A stretch of 64,000 bases of DNA from Chiloscyllium plagiosum (GCF_004010195.1 NC_057720.1:35851345-35915344); one strand, 5' to 3'; shown: positions 1-14,789, numbered from the stretch's first letter. The notes: generated by a model not told the origin, from the letters alone. Program-made: numbers and translations.

Positions 1-3000
1 TGCATCAATAATTCCAAAAACTATAAATTCTTAATCTCATTTATTCCACAAAGGGGCACTGAAGAGAGACCATGCACTCTTACCAAAGCGAAAGAGGGAT
101 AGATTGAAATAGAAATGACCTGCTGAGTGTTCCCTTGCAAATACTATGGCGGCGTATCACAGAGATCTCCTTCATTTTCTATCTGGGGGTATATGTGTGG
201 CATGGGAATATTGAGAGATGGAAAAGTGGAAAAGCATAAATTTTCTGCAGGAAAATTAGCACCATGTCTAAATCAACAATATACTGCACCATGGGGCACA
301 AAATCATGTGATATCAACCTCAATCCACATCCTTTTTTACATCCACACACCCAGCTATGCTGCGGTATAGCAGTTCTAAATGACAGACAGTCCTTGCCAT
401 ACAGTGGAAAATGGAAGTCATTCTCTTACACCCTGGGAGGTCTGGGACCTAGTCACATGATTACCTGCTCAAAACCCTGGGTTTGTAGTGCTTTGAAACC
501 AAGAAAAAGAGAGGAAAATAATCATCTCATCACCATATCTTTTTTTAAAAAATGGAAGAATTGTATTTTACAAGTGCGTTGATATTGAGAGAAAGGAAAA
601 TATATGGAAGTTGCAGGTTATATCTTTGTAATGCACAGAATATAGTCATCAAAAATGGACAGTAGTTTAGAACAGAACAAATTCTGTGATTATTATTACT
701 GTAATGGTATATGTGACTACCTGATAAATGAGTATCATTATTCTCTTAAATGAGTGGAAATTGAAAATCCCAAACAACTTTTGTTTCACAGCCTATTAGC
801 TGAATTCTTTTAACTGTTTACGCCTATTAATTGAATTCATTTTTTTTTGCCAGATTACGTATTTTGAACAGGCTTTTAGCCCAAATGACAATCTCTTTGA
901 GCAAAGCAGTCATCACTTCTGTTATTTGTACAATGTCTCTATTGGCAGTAGATTAGCTATAATAATAAAGGATGATTGTAGAGTGTGGCCACAGGTCTAT
1001 CTAACAGGCTGCACCATGGATTGAGAGGAAACTGTTTTACACTTTTAATTCCTGACAGGACAATCCTTCAAACTTGGCCATGCTATTTGGTGCAATCACT
1101 GGGTATAGGTCAAGGTCTCCAACAGAGACAAGGAAGGAAATTCAGTTGACCTCATGCACCTCCCAGCAGATGGCTTTGGTGAAGATGTTGGAGGCATGAT
1201 AGTCATCAGCTCAGCCTTGCATTCCAGAAGGTGAGGCAGAAGTGAAATATTTTAACATTGGGAATACTTGTGTCAAACTAAATGTTTTAGAAAGGAGCAA
1301 CTTGATTCATAACTTTCTGGAAATTAGGGTACATTTAAAAAATATATTTAACAACCATTTCTGATATCTTCATGATCTCTCTGAGAAGCTGCTGTTTCCC
1401 CACCATACATTTGCTAGGAAAATAGGACTTGAGTGGCAGATAAGCAATAATGACAGGCGATGTGCATTTAAGGATAAAGTGGGAATAATGTGCAGTGTAT
1501 ATGGGGGCTTGGGGATGGATGGGGAAACGGTGAGTGAAAGATTGTAAAGAAATGCAATGGTGGTTTCAGATCGACAATACTGACGTTTTCATTCATTCTT
1601 GCATGTGGCAATGCTGGTAAGCCAATACTTATTGCTCACCTCTAAGTATCCTTGAGTTGGTGCCAGTTCAATCATTGCAAGAATAGCAACTTGGTCCATT
1701 TGGTGGCTGTTCATTTCATAGGCAAGTATGTATATAGTCATTATGTAGCTGTGTATCAGGAATCACATATAAGTGAGACTAGGTAAGGATGGTAGTTTTA
1801 TTTCCCAGATAGGAAATTAGTGAACCAGATGGATTTTTATAACAACTTAGAGGTTTGATGATCACTATTACTAATACCAGTTTTTTTAATATTCTGGATT
1901 TATTTAATTAACTGAATTTAAAACCTGCCTCTGCAGCAGTTTTTAAATTCATGTTGGTAGGTTATCAGTGCAGGCACATGGATTATTGATGCAGTAACAT
2001 ATTCATTCTGCAGTAAAAAAAATCTTCATCCAACTTTATTCATTTAGTTTTTGACTGATTATTCAAACAATTTAGAAAAGTTAACCGGCCCTATCAGTGA
2101 TCACGTAAGGATCAAAACCAAGAGATTGTAAGAAGCAGAGTTGTTAGCTGATTGAAGAGCAGCACATCCAAACATTCAGGAATTACATGAACTTTTTTTG
2201 TTTGATTGTGAAAAGAATTGCAATCTGCCACTGATCGGTAACTGCCTGCCACGAGGTTTTCAGAGTAACTGTCCTCCTCATGTGGAGAATCAACTGACTT
2301 CTTCCCTGCATCTCCTCCGGCTTAGGAATTCTCTTTGTGGGAATCACAGGCACAAACCATTTATGTTAAGCAGATTATATATTTTTCCTTGAATCGCTTT
2401 TAGTTAGATCCCAGAGGTGGCAATAGAAAGGATACTATCTCTTTTAATGCGCTATCAAATGACTCAAAGTAATATTGCCCAGACCTCTAAATCAATGTGA
2501 TAACTGACCTTTATAATGCAACTCTCAACTTTGTCTCCTAAATCTATTTAAAACAACTTGGAGTTTTGGTATGTGGGTAAAAATGTTGTGCAGCTTGATC
2601 CGTGGGTAATCTTGAAATCTATTTTTTTTTATTTTTCTTGTGCTAAGCAGAAATAATGTCACTTTGACATGTGTGCACTTGGACAGCTGATGTGCTTTCG
2701 ATGAGATGCAATTTATTGTGTGATATGTTATACAGAAACTGCCAAAATGCACATTTGATTATTTCACAGTACATGTAAATAATTATAATATCCTTTGCAA
2801 CAGTTTGTGCAGGGAAATTTTGGAGAAAAAAGGTTATAAATAATAAAAAACATTAGCATGTTGTAGTTGTGCTCAAGCAGAAAATTATCTGGAACTGTGG
2901 GCAAGACATGAACTGCAATAAAGTAAAATAATTATTTCCTGTTTCTTCAACAGTAAGCATTCCATGTTGAAGGACAGCACAATCCAAGGGACTGTGAAGG

Positions 3001-4185
3001 TAAGTGAGCCTGAGTTAATGTTAAAAATAACAGGAGTCATGAAGGAGATGAGGAAAATAGATTGGAAATAAACCAGAAGGCGAAGAAAAGATAGGCAAGA
3101 TAAAAAGAAAGAGAGAGAAAAAAAACATGCATGAGAGAAATAAGCATGGTACAAAGGAAATAAGATCAAGGAACTAAAAAAATGATGTAGCATTTCAAAT
3201 GAGTAACTGAAAGAAAGACAGAGCTATAAGGTACAAAACCTGAATGAAATTGAGAGAATTCAAAAGAGATACTAGGGGACAGATCCTTTTAACTGGCATG
3301 AGAACAGTCTAGTCCCTGGAGCACCTCATTTTAAGTTAAGTTAGAATTAAGTCCTTGTTAAACAAGCACTCTTCAAGGACTTTCTGCTGCCTTAGAGTGG
3401 GATTAAGGAGCAGAAAATATTGTGGGCTCCCGTCAATCCTCTGTAAGAATAAGCTGTTAAAAGGCAGCACCATCAGATGACTAACTTTCGGCAGCTACTG
3501 TAGCCTTTATTGCAGAGATCTTTCTCCTGAATTTGTTGATGCTGTGAGAATATTAATGTCAAGGACTTTTAAAGGGAAAATTTACAAGACCATTTTCTTT
3601 TCTTCAAGCATTCCCTCCTTTCCTCTTGCATCAAGGCTTTCTTCCTTATAACTCAGTGACTGTGTTAAGCCGATGTAATTGGAATAGAATTAGATATTAA
3701 TAAAGGGTATCAATAAACTATTTTAAACATATTTTACTTCGTTTATTAAAATAGCAATGAACTAAAAAGCTTCTGCAGGTCTTGAACCATTGGGTGCACA
3801 AAATTTAATCAGACAGTGTGGCCATTTGGCCTTTCGTATTGATGCGAGCGTTCTGCAAGAGCAGTTAAGCTGGTTCCTGTCTTCATCCTTTCTCTGCAGC
3901 CTTACTTTTTTTTCTCTTCAGATAAATATCCAATTCCCTTTTGAAAGCCATGGGTGAATCTTCCTCTATCACACTACCAGACAGCATGGTCCAGTTCCTG
4001 ACAACTTACTGAATGAAAAGATTTTTTGATTAGTTCTTCTCCCATTCAAATTTCCACCTATGTGAAATGTTTCTATATAACTACGCTGTCCCACTAGGAG
4101 TTGAATATCTTTATCAAGTCTCCCCAAAATCTTTTGTTCTGAAAGTAGAACAGCTCCAGCTTCCCAATCTATCCACATACCTGAA

Positions 4186-4370
4186 GTTGAAAAGTGTGGT
4201 GCTGGAAAAACACAGCAGGTCAGGCAGCATCCGAGGAGCAGGAGAGTCGATGTTTCGGGCATAAGCCCTTCATCAGGAATGTCCTCAGATGCTGCCTGAC
4301 CTGCTGTGTTTTTCCAGTGCCACACTTTTCAACTCTGATCTCCAGCATCTGCAGTCCTCACTTTCTCTCC
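4186..4370. mobile_element. Fold-back mini Penelope-like (pLTR-only) insertion with hammerhead core
   Basis: About 52-bp inverted arms (4186-4237 vs 4282-4333), tail ...ctgcagtcctcactttctc, flanks tacctgaagt / taactgaagt. Confidence 0.8.
4244..4281 (-). ncRNA. Minimal type-I hammerhead ribozyme motif (helix III mutated)
   Basis: Minus strand reads attc-CTGATGA-a-gggc-ttat-gccc-GAAAC-ATC-gact. Confidence 0.7.
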
Positions 4371-5934
4371 TAACTGAAGTCCCTCATCTTTGAAATTATG
4401 CTCATAAATATTTTTGGCACTCTCCCAAAAGCATTAGCATTCTTTCCAAAATGTGGTGCCTACATAATACAAAATGCTGCTGTTGAAGATGAACCTGTAT
4501 TCTATAAGCATTTCTTGTGACATTGTTTCTTTTGGCCCTATTTACACACCCATGATCCTGAGTGTGTTATTAACCATTAATAAACTTCCAATGATTTATC
4601 CCACGTATACTCGCACCCTTTCATTCCTGCACCTATTTTAGAATGCTTTTCTTTATTTTGTATTGCTTCTCCTCACTCAGTATCCAAATTGTAGAATTAT
4701 GACATGGTTACAGCATACAGGTGACCATTCAGCTCATCATGTCCATACCAGCTCTCTGCAATAGCAGCTCAGCAACTCCTACTTCCAGCTTTTTCCATCG
4801 TCCTACAATATTTTCTTCCAGATAATTGTTCAATTTCTATTTGAAAGCCACAATTGAATCTGTCTCCTCTACACTTGCGGGCAATACTTTCAAGATCTAA
4901 TCACTCACTGTGTAAAATTGTTCAAGCTAATAGTGCCTTTAAATCTTTGGTCAATCACCTTAATTTTATGTCCTCTGGTCCTTGACCTTATGCTGGATCT
5001 CCACTAACCTAAACACCCTTTAGCATTTTATTGATTTCAAAGTTCTGATACATCTTTGGCAGGTGCTTCTTTCCTCTCAAAGGATGGACATCATATATCA
5101 GAATTCCCATCAGTAGTGCCACATTTGCACCCAAGGCAATGTACATTTACGTGAAGCAACACATAGTTGCTTGACAAGAACTTACCCTGTAGAAGTTGTC
5201 CACTGAAAATAACGAAGATCAATTGAACAAGCAAATTTAAAAGCCGGGGACTTTAACAGGTTCCTAAAGATTTGCACAAAAGCAGAAAATGTGATTAATA
5301 CTCAGTGGATCTGTAGTGAGAAAACCATTCACTCCAATATTCACTCCGTGTCTTGTGTTGCGACTTTTAGCAGCTGTATGGTGTACCTTTTAAGAGACAT
5401 GGTTATGATGTCATCAGTGTATTATGGCCTGCCATCTAATGATATATTGCTTAGAAAAGAGGGAAATGTTGGTGTCGTAGTACTGTCACTGGACTAGTAA
5501 TTCAAATGTTCAGATGAGCGTTCAAATCATACCAAAACAGTTGGCGATATTTAAAAGGGCTGTTATGATGGTGTCCTACTTCAGGCCCAGAAAGTCTGGG
5601 TCCAAGTTAACAGCTGCCCTGAGGTGTGTTATAACATCTCTTAATAGGTTGATTAACAAAAAAAGCCATAAAAATTGTAGTTTCCATCTTGCTGAGTTCT
5701 GTACTCTTGCAGCATGACATGCTGAAGCCTGTTGCAATACATTTGAATTGTTCTGCGCAAGCTCTGACACACAAGTGCCTGCGATTGTTGTGTACATGGT
5801 TACTAGAGACTGCAACAAAGGATCATTGAATTCTTCAGTACGACATGATCCATTTCTTGTCCATATGCTAAAGGAGCCAACATATATATCACAGGGTGAA
5901 AGTGGCAGATCCTTAGTATATCAGCTACCACCTT

Positions 5935-6247
5935 GGCATGGTGGCACAGTGGTTAGCACTGCTGCCTCACAGCGCCAGAGATCCGGGTTCAATTCCCGCC
6001 TCGGGCAACTGTCTGTGTGGAGTTTGCACATTCTCCCCGTGTCTGTGTGGGTTTCCTCCGGATGCTCCGGTTTCCTCCCACAGTCTAAAGATGTGCAGGT
6101 TAGGTGAATTGGCCATGCTAAATTGCCTGTAGTGTTAGGTGAAGGGTTAAATGTAGGGGAATGGGTCTGGGTGGGTTGCTCTTCGGAGGGTCGGTGTGGG
6201 CTTGTTGGGCTGAAGGGCCTGTTTCCACACTGTAAGCAATCTAATCT
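5935..6247 (+). mobile_element. HE1-type tRNA-derived V-SINE, full length
   Basis: A box tggcacagtgg, B box ggttcaattcc, V domain ...ctccggtttcctcccacag..., LINE-like tail and aatct repeats. Confidence 0.93.
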
Positions 6248-9200
6248 TAAAAAAAAACTGTTGTAATCACCAATACTGCTTGTGAAAGAAGCTTCACTGA
6301 AGGTTAGCAATCTTGTATCTTAAAGCATTTGGATGACCAACCACAATAAGACCACATGAGTCTAATCTTCTACTTGAATGGTCAGGAGGCATACTTACCT
6401 TCTTTCTTCTTAAACTTCAAACCTATCAATCCAGAAGCCCACCATTTCCTTTAAAAAAGTATAAAGTGAAATTTAAACACTTCCAAGAAGTTAAGATTCA
6501 GTTGTCAAAAGGCTTCTTACAGAGCTAAAATTAAAACCTGTAGCTGAAAAGCTTCCTGCAGTAATAAAACTGACATTGAAAGGATACTGTCAGGTTAAAT
6601 ATACAACTTTGCTGTTCAAAACAAAAAAAAACTTTTAAACATGAATAGGTGATTTTCTAACCAAGAGCAGCTTACCTGTGTGCAGTAGTAAGTTGTTTCT
6701 CCCATTTTGTCTTCAATTTGGTGCGAGAGCTGGAATGATGTCATTGCACCCTAACTGTTTCTAGTGGCTGAAACTTGCAATTGCAGGCCTTTTACAGAGA
6801 CAGACTCAGACTCAGCAAAATGTCTTAAAGAGGTCACAATCATGAAAAATAAAGTAGAAACAAAATAAGGAACAATAAAAGGGTGGAATCAAGTGAAAGA
6901 AAGGGAAAAAAATCCCTCACTATACTTCAACATAACAAAATGTCACAGAGGCCTGCAACAAGAAATTGAAGGCAAATACTTGATTATGGATTGGGCAGCA
7001 AGTGATATTTTCACTGAGATACAGCTATTTAAGCAACATATGCAGATTTACTTCATAGGTCTAGCCATAATTGATTCTGATTAGTGATCTCTTCAAATAT
7101 TATTTGCCATTAGTCAGGAGTAGCTTTGCCAAATAAATGTATCCAGTTTTTCTGAGGGCAATTTTTAAAACATCGAATGAAGATCTGAAGAATACTTGAT
7201 GAACGGCTAAATGTACAAACCAACTTCCAAATTCATAGACTCCGATACATGTCTTACAGATAGAAACTTAGTCATCAGAAAAGGACATGAATATGATTTA
7301 TCTGAAAAAGAACTTGCAGAAATGTTAATAAATATCACTAATCACCACTACTTTGATCAATGCTTTCCATAAAGATCTTCTGGACAAGAAAAAGGGCCAT
7401 ACAGTTGATCCCTTTTTGGAAGGTTATAGTCAACTGAAACCATAGTGGTGGATCAACATCGATTACACACTGTGGAGTAATGAAATGCTATTTCTATCAT
7501 CAGCAAGTCCTTTCATAGAACTAGGTTGGCACACAGAAGTTGCATAGCAGTTTCTTGTATTACAATGCATGTGGAACCAAAGGACATTGGGCAAGTATAA
7601 GTAGAAAATCTGGTTTCAAATCCAAGTTACTTACTGGGACAAGTCCCAGGTCATCAACAAGTTAGAAGAACATTGCAATGCTGGCAGCATAGAAACCCAT
7701 CCAAACATACAAAAATACATCAACAAATTGAACAGCCAACAATTTGAAAGGCAATCTTTAGAAGATGACCAAGACATTCATATTGACAACCTCACAGACT
7801 GTCAGCAGTATAAAATGAGAACATAAGCCTTAATGTTGTTTTAATGATAGCAGTGAATTGCCAGCCCTGTTGTACCTCTGGAAGTATGTCGTCATTTTGG
7901 TAATCCAGTTTCAATTGACCCTCTGAGTTGCAGAATACGGTAGTCAAATGCAGGAAAGACCTCTTGGCAAATAGGAGAGAGGTTAGGATGTATTGGTGGC
8001 ACCTTGCATAACATTGAGTACAGGAAATTTTTCCCCTTCCCATGCCACCAAAAGCTGCATTGTTCATGTTGTCTACCTTACCTGGTGCATTACCCTATAG
8101 ATGCCCCTGTAACTTTGAGGCTGCATGCATCTGCACTGGTGTCTACATGGGCGAGAGAACATGTGTTGTTAAGTTCTGATCTGGTTAGATGCAGTGGGCA
8201 CTATCCAACATTATCTAACACATCTAGAGAAAGAGAGAAGAAAGACAAATTACAATAATGGCCCGATGAACAACTAACACACACAGCTTTCAATAGGAAT
8301 GACGCAGTGTAGACCTTCAGAGTATGTTTGCTAGCTTTTAGTGAAAGAGAAAGGGAAGGTACTTGAAAAAGACAAATATTTTCTAACTAATTCGTACATC
8401 TTTCAGAGAACCAGCACAGACATGATGCAAGGAACTTTCTGCTTTTGTACTGTAGCATTTGATTTTTTCTAAAAGACGAGCAATTGAAGTTAATATTGAA
8501 TGTTGAACCTTATACTTTCTCATTGATACTCTTATGGCTTTGCTTCTTTCCCATAGGGAATCAGCTCTGGTAGGAGGTTTATCGATGATCTCTTCTTGTA
8601 GTTAGGATAAGGAATAAAAAAAACAGAAAGAGTATAAGAATTGAGGAGTTATAGTTGCCAGGGAGAGATGTAATGGTTAAATGATAGCATACAGAATATA
8701 GTTGATGCCAATTTATACATTATAAATTAAAGCTCATTGCGTGCACAGCACAGTTCTACATGTTATGTTGAAATTAGGAATACTGTACAGTGAACTTGAA
8801 AGGATTGACATTTGTCAGATTAAATTTCAATGCTTGGATTAAATATGTATTTACCTGGAATATTTTGTGTTTAAGTAGTTTCAGTTTGGTAGTTTTAATT
8901 TTGGATATGTGTCCACAAAGTCCATTGCAAAGATTTGTTTTTGCCTTGGACAAGACCAGTAGTCTAAGATTTGTGACATACCTCAGCAGTTTCTAAACAT
9001 CTGAATTTGTTCTGTTCAGATTTCAGCTTAGCTGGCTACCTTGACTTAACTAGGGATGGGCTGAGATTCGATTTGGTGTGGAATTCTTTAGTGGGATATT
9101 TTTCTTGTTTCCCATACAAATACTGATGTGTGCTTGGGATTTGATTAAAAGATTGAAATGTGCCCCTTGTTAGTGAATGGTTTTCCACAGTAATCAGATT

Positions 9201-9449
9201 CTTAAATCATCAGGAACAATGGATAGAGGAGAGTGTGGGCGGTGACAAGAAAGTTCGGAAGATAAAGATCAGGAGCTTGATACTGAGGGAGCATTTCCAA
9301 ATCTTCCTCTTTAATATTTAAATAGCAGCTTCAGAATTTCTCTAATGAATGGTGACTACCTTATTTCTATGTATTTACAGCACATTATTAACCCAACCTT
9401 CCTCACTTCTATAACATTTACACTTTTTTCTTTTTTCAAGAAACTGGAA

Positions 9450-11000
9450 TGTGCAAATTAGAGACTTGTAAATCAGGGAATGTACCTGGTGGCTGCAGCG
9501 CACTGCTTGATTGTCCAAGCTTGCATCGAACTGTCTATTCACCACAACATCTCTGCCTGCTCCATTCTCCTGCTCTTTCCTTTATCCTAGCAATGCAGCA
9601 TAGGCAAAGCCACCAGCCTCAGCAGTGTCATGCCTGCTTTTGGTCCAATTCTGACACTACTTTAGCCCTTCAGGACTTCGCTTTGGAGCTCAGGGACACC
9701 CAGGACATGCGTGTTTCTGCCAGGTGGCTTTCTGTACAGGGATGAACACTCATCTCCTGCATCGACTTGGAAGTATCTTTTAGCTCTCTGCTTGATTTCT
9801 TATTGGTCACTTACATTATTGCTTACTTGGATGCTGCCAGCCTCTGTGGCTTGCATGGCTTTTAGTGCAGAGGGAAAGGCAGGCAGCTTGTCAAAGTGCA
9901 GTGCACTGAATAGTAAAAGGGGGTCTTGTCGCTGTTTGGCACCGTGCTACAACAATGTTGCATTTCCGGCAGAAGATAGAAGAAATGCACTGCATTGTCT
10001 TAAACCAAACGGTCCTGTCTGAAAGGCATAATGGAGTCATGTGGGATTACAGTAAATCAGGAAATGTCGCCAGTCAGTCAAATGCTTCATCCAAATCCAG
10101 TCTAAGAGGTTGGCAAAGGTCTGTCAGGTATTTGGTCCTAACAGAGTCTGAATGTCCATGTTCTTGGAGTCTGGAAACTAGGCCATGACGAGTCCTGAAG
10201 ATAAAATGCAACCAGCCTGAGGATTAGAGATGTATTAGTTAGGATGCTGCGGAGGCATCGTTCTGGTATGTGGACCAATTTTTGCAGCATTGAGACAAAA
10301 GAAGGGATTTAGTATGATGAAAGTAAATGCAAGAGAATTTACTGGCGATGCAGGACAGGAACTATGGTGAGGTAGCTTCATAGAGTGAATGGGAAGTGCA
10401 GAGGACAGGAAGGATTAGTAGCCTGGAATATGTGGTGGGTTAGAGCTGTTTAGTGGATGTGATGCATGCAACAGTGAGAGTTGTAGTCCAATGAATTTTG
10501 GTGAGATGCATCTGTACTGGAACAGAGTGAATGGGAGTCCTGTGACTGTGAGGTGGCCAAGGTAAAATGGTGGTCCTCTCCTTTGCACAGTACAGAAACT
10601 TATTGACTTTTCTCCTGTGATACTTATGAGTTCGGGCACTGATGCATGGCGCTATCTTAGTCCAGGTGCCTGTGTCTTATGGCATGACCTCCTACAACAG
10701 TCAGCAAGATAAAGGAATTCCCTCCTTTTCACCACCCCATCCACCAGAACCTAGTGGCCCCTGTCCACAAAGTGGGAAAATAACCTGCTTTCTGGGCATT
10801 TCTTGAGTGACAATGGTAGAGCATCACAGTCAGAGGTGCAGTTCCTGGCTCTGTGTTTGAAATGAGTGAAATGTAGCTGAGCTTTAAGTATGGTGCCTGT
10901 GGCATGTATGCAGAGGTCCTGGTAGTGGTGAGCATCTCTTTCTCTCTTGCTTTGCAACTAAATGAGAAGGGAGCCAAAGAGCTTGGTTATATAATTAGTA
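9450..11000 (-). mobile_element. Decayed PIF/Harbinger DNA transposon relic (Myb/SANT-like ORF remnants)
   Basis: Minus strand 10590-10790 reads FSHFVDRGH*VLVDGVVKRREFLYLAD...RRKVNKFLYCAK (with a frameshift), resembling Harbinger Myb-like proteins and similar to 19620-19860. Boundaries uncertain. Confidence 0.55.
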
Positions 11001-11329
11001 AGGTGAAGAATAGAAGATTATGTGAGAAAAATTGCTGCAGGCCATGATAGACTGGACCCTGTGAATCTCACTCAACAAAATCTGAAAATGGGAAAATTCG
11101 AGAATTGAGATTCTTCACAGTAAGTGGCAAAAGAATTTTGTAGTCTATTAGTAGCTTTTTCTAAAAAAAAGTTATGACTATGCTTCAGTTTGGATAATCA
11201 CCTCCTTTTATGTACTGACTAGATATGGTGTGGTTTTGTCGTACCTAATTTTTCCTCTGTTTTCCTTATGTCCTCTCCAAGGTAATCAATTCTGTGTGAT
11301 TCTGACAAAAATATACCTTCCCTTCATGT

Positions 11330-11850
11330 CTCTCTTTTAAAATCTGTGGCCTTTTGACATAATTGACTACAGCATTTTTCTCCAATGGTCGTCCACCATC
11401 AGCTCGCTGAGTGGGCTCACACTAACTTGATTTGTTCAGTAGAAGCCAGAAAATCACTAGCAGTTACTCCTCTTCCTGTGTCTGCAGGAACCTCTTGGTT
11501 TACTCTTGACATCTCCCTATTGCTCATTTACATGGTGCCTGTCAACTAAATGAGCCAAAACCACAGCTTCAAGATGACACCCAGCTCTACCTGTTTGATT
11601 CATCCACTACCTTTAAAGTGTTGGAGTTCTTGTCCACAATCCAGTATTAGATGTGCAAAATTTCCCACAACCAAGTATTTGGAAGACTGAAGCCACTGTT
11701 TTCAGTTCCAGTCTCAAACACTATTCTCTAGCCAAAACTCTATCACCTTATCTGACAATGTTCTGAGGCTGGACCAGACTTATTACCAACAAACAAGATT
11801 GAGATTCAGGCCTGCAAATGTGTTTGATCTCATATTGGTAAGACTGGATA
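11330..11850 (+). mobile_element. Old L2-like LINE RT fragment
   Basis: gatgacacccagctctacct (DDTQLYL) and aagactgaagcc (KTEA) motifs characteristic of L2 RT. Confidence 0.6.
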
Positions 11851-14789
11851 GATGGCTGAAATTGATATTAGTACTGGGTTTTCTGTCAGGAATTTAGGGT
11901 GCTTTTAGTAGAGATCTCTAAGGAAAAATGTTGGGAAGACCAGAATTCCTGTTTTATAATCTGCGTCTTTTCATATCATTGGCTACCTTTCCCATCAATT
12001 GGAGTGCAACTCATGTTGAGTACAATATTTCCGATCAATGTTTTAACAAAGTATCTCTATTCCGAGATTCTGAATTACTCATTTCCTTCCATGTCCTTGT
12101 TGCTGAATTAGTGACAGGAAGAGTTGGATTTAAAGAAAGAAGGAATTAAAGCCCTGCAGTCATACTACAAATAGCATGTAAAAGTTACATTTAATAAAAT
12201 TAATTTACTAGCATCATTGCAATCTGTTTTGAGAAAATCCTCACTTGTCATGGAGAGCAAAATTAAAGCCAAATGATATAATATTCCAGGTCTTCTCAGT
12301 CAGCTTCTTCCACACTTGATTCAAACCAGGTCCTTGTGGCTACAATACATTAACTCTTCGTGCACCTATCCCCTCCCAACAAAACAAAAGCCTGCTCTCA
12401 CTTACTCATCATTTCACACTGCAGCAATTTCTCATTCCACAAATTAGAACAATCAGACATCCCACAGTGGTGCAGTGCTGAGTACAGTGCTGTGGCGATG
12501 TAATCGGATCCTTAACCTGGCATCTATTCACCAATCATGTGAATCAATGACAAATTGAAATACAGTTTCTAGTGCCAGACAATTTGGCACATAAGTTTTA
12601 AATAGTAATTGGTTTGAAAGCAGAAGTATTTATCCAAACAAAGAAAATAAAAATAAAATAAATGCGGAAATTACCCTTCATGCAGCTGATTTTTTTAAAA
12701 ACAAATTCATTCTAAAGCTGGTCAAGCCTATACAGGAAAAGAGTTGGAGAGAAAGACTCCCAGATTTCTTCTTTCAGCCATCTGTAAATGAGGGGATAGC
12801 ACTTAATAGTCTCAAATAGCTGCCTTAAAGGGAATTCAGTTAACAAAATGTCAGAGGGAAATGCACTTCCATTCACTTTATGACACATGATCCTGCACAC
12901 GTAGGGAAACAATATTTACAATGTGCAAGCAATTTCAATTCATTTTGGAGATGTACGACGAAGATTAATTTGCAGCATAGAAAATAGCAAGGGAAAAATG
13001 TCTAATGCTTCCCTCTAAAAAGGAGCTGTCTTGAAGTCAGAGGTGTTGGAGCCACCAGGCTTACAAAGATTAATTGCCTTGCTGCCATTAAACCTAAAAT
13101 TAGCTGGTGGGGGAACATCATGTAAAAGGTTGAAAAGCCATGAATTATTATTTTTAAGCTCTTACCTTTTGAAGATACTTTTCCCTCTTGCAAATGTCAC
13201 TTGTGCTGAGCAAGCCGGTTGTGTAAAAGTTATGTTTTTTAATCATGCTGGGCAAATTATTTTTTTGATTAATTTTTCTTCGCTTTTATCGTTTTTCAAT
13301 CTCTCAGCACAACTGCTGACCTGCACACCATCCTTTCTTCAAACACAGAATGAAATAAAGGAGGGAGAGGACAGGTGAATGAGTCGCAGGGGCCCTTTGA
13401 TTTTGTGCTTGCTGTAGAGACCAGTGTAGCAGAAACATATCAAAGCATTGTGTATTCTGGTAACATACTGAAAAACACTGCAAAAGGAATTGCCCTTTGC
13501 TTTAGCACGGTGCTGTATCATTACGAATATTTCCATCAAAATGCTTTTAACATCCTCTTTCCATTCACATGCTGTAATGATGATAATAGAGGGTTCTCTT
13601 GATAACTTCTGATTTTTGAATAAAATTACATTTTTAAAATTTATTTTTCAAACATCGGTCCAAATTACTGATTGATGTTACAGTCCAGCCAGCCTCCAGT
13701 GCAGCTTATCTGAGTGACATTTTCATCACATTTGGACATTGGTGGCAAGAAGCATTGTGAGCCTGTTTAACTGTGGAGAATATGATTACTAAGCACAACT
13801 GACCATCCTCAAAATCTCACAAGTGCAGTTTTCAGCAGGGGTGAAATAGATATCAATCAGGAAGGGGACCTTGGCTAGTTGTGGCATTTATGACCATTGA
13901 ACAACTTTCACATATGGTGTGAATTTTCCATGCAAAGTCTAAAATTGGAAATCAGTATTCCAGCTGATAGGGTGGGAGGGGCTTTTTCAATTTTCTGCTC
14001 ATCAGACACCCTCAACTTGTAACCTCTTTGTTGAGCAAAGTGACTAGTTTCTCCAAAGTTAGTGACAGATTTTGCATTTTGAATATTTCTATGATAATTT
14101 ACTTTGAGTCTCTTCAGCAGGAGTAGCAGCCAAAAGGTCCTGATGTAAACAACTAAATGCATATCCAGCTCATTCAAGCGCAATATGTTAGGAAAACCAC
14201 AGACAGTTCACTCACAAGTATGCATGGGGCGAATTTGCACCAGTTAGGCACCTTAAGAGGAAAAATGATTCTAATTTTCACACAAAAGTAATTGAAAATT
14301 CCCCTTTTTTTGCCATAATGTTCTACTATGCAATAGTTCTAAAAGCAGTGGGTACTGTAAATCTGTAGCTGATTCTGTGACAGACCTGTATTTTTTTTTA
14401 CTGTAGCTAAATATCATGGATCTAAACTCAGGACTATTTTTGAATTGTCAGCTGTTTTGGTGCTGTGTCAGGTGTTCCTAGTTTTGAGCTGAAGCACATA
14501 TATCGTGTAATCTTGGCTATAGTTTTGATAGAGAGCTTTCACCAGCTCCATGGATGCTGGGATTGTTGCACTTCCAATTTTTCTGCTTCCAGAAGATAAA
14601 AGATATATGTCATGATTTACAGACACAGTACTTGATATGGAAGACATGGATATTAGAAGATTGTAATCTGCTAACTACAGAAGAGTTGGCTACCCTAAAA
14701 TTATTACTACATTGAATTTAAAAAGAGGATGCCTTCAACTCTATTTCTATGTATCTACACAGTTCTGTTCATCAATCCGACCTTTTGTT

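Larger units (their letters stand above)
3800..5010 (-). mobile_element. Two old CR1-type LINE 3' fragments; the first hosts a PLE mini-insertion
   Basis: Repeated tail motifs ggccatttggcc / gaccattcagctcatc and ccaattcccttttgaaagcc...gaatc, typical of reverse-strand CR1 3' ends seen elsewhere in the window. Confidence 0.55.

Noticed and set aside
127..582. 151-aa ORF
   Set aside because: Non-ATG start, no recognisable domain, no convincing splice context.
5935..6010. tRNA-like A/B boxes in SINE heads (also 15790, 20031, 25745, 30531, 56545)
   Set aside because: These are tRNA-derived SINE heads, not tRNA genes; the recurrent MVAQWLALLPHS ORFs are SINE translation noise.
7080..7810. Possible very old RTE-like LINE remnant
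   Set aside because: A-rich coding-like texture but no motif clear enough to support a call.
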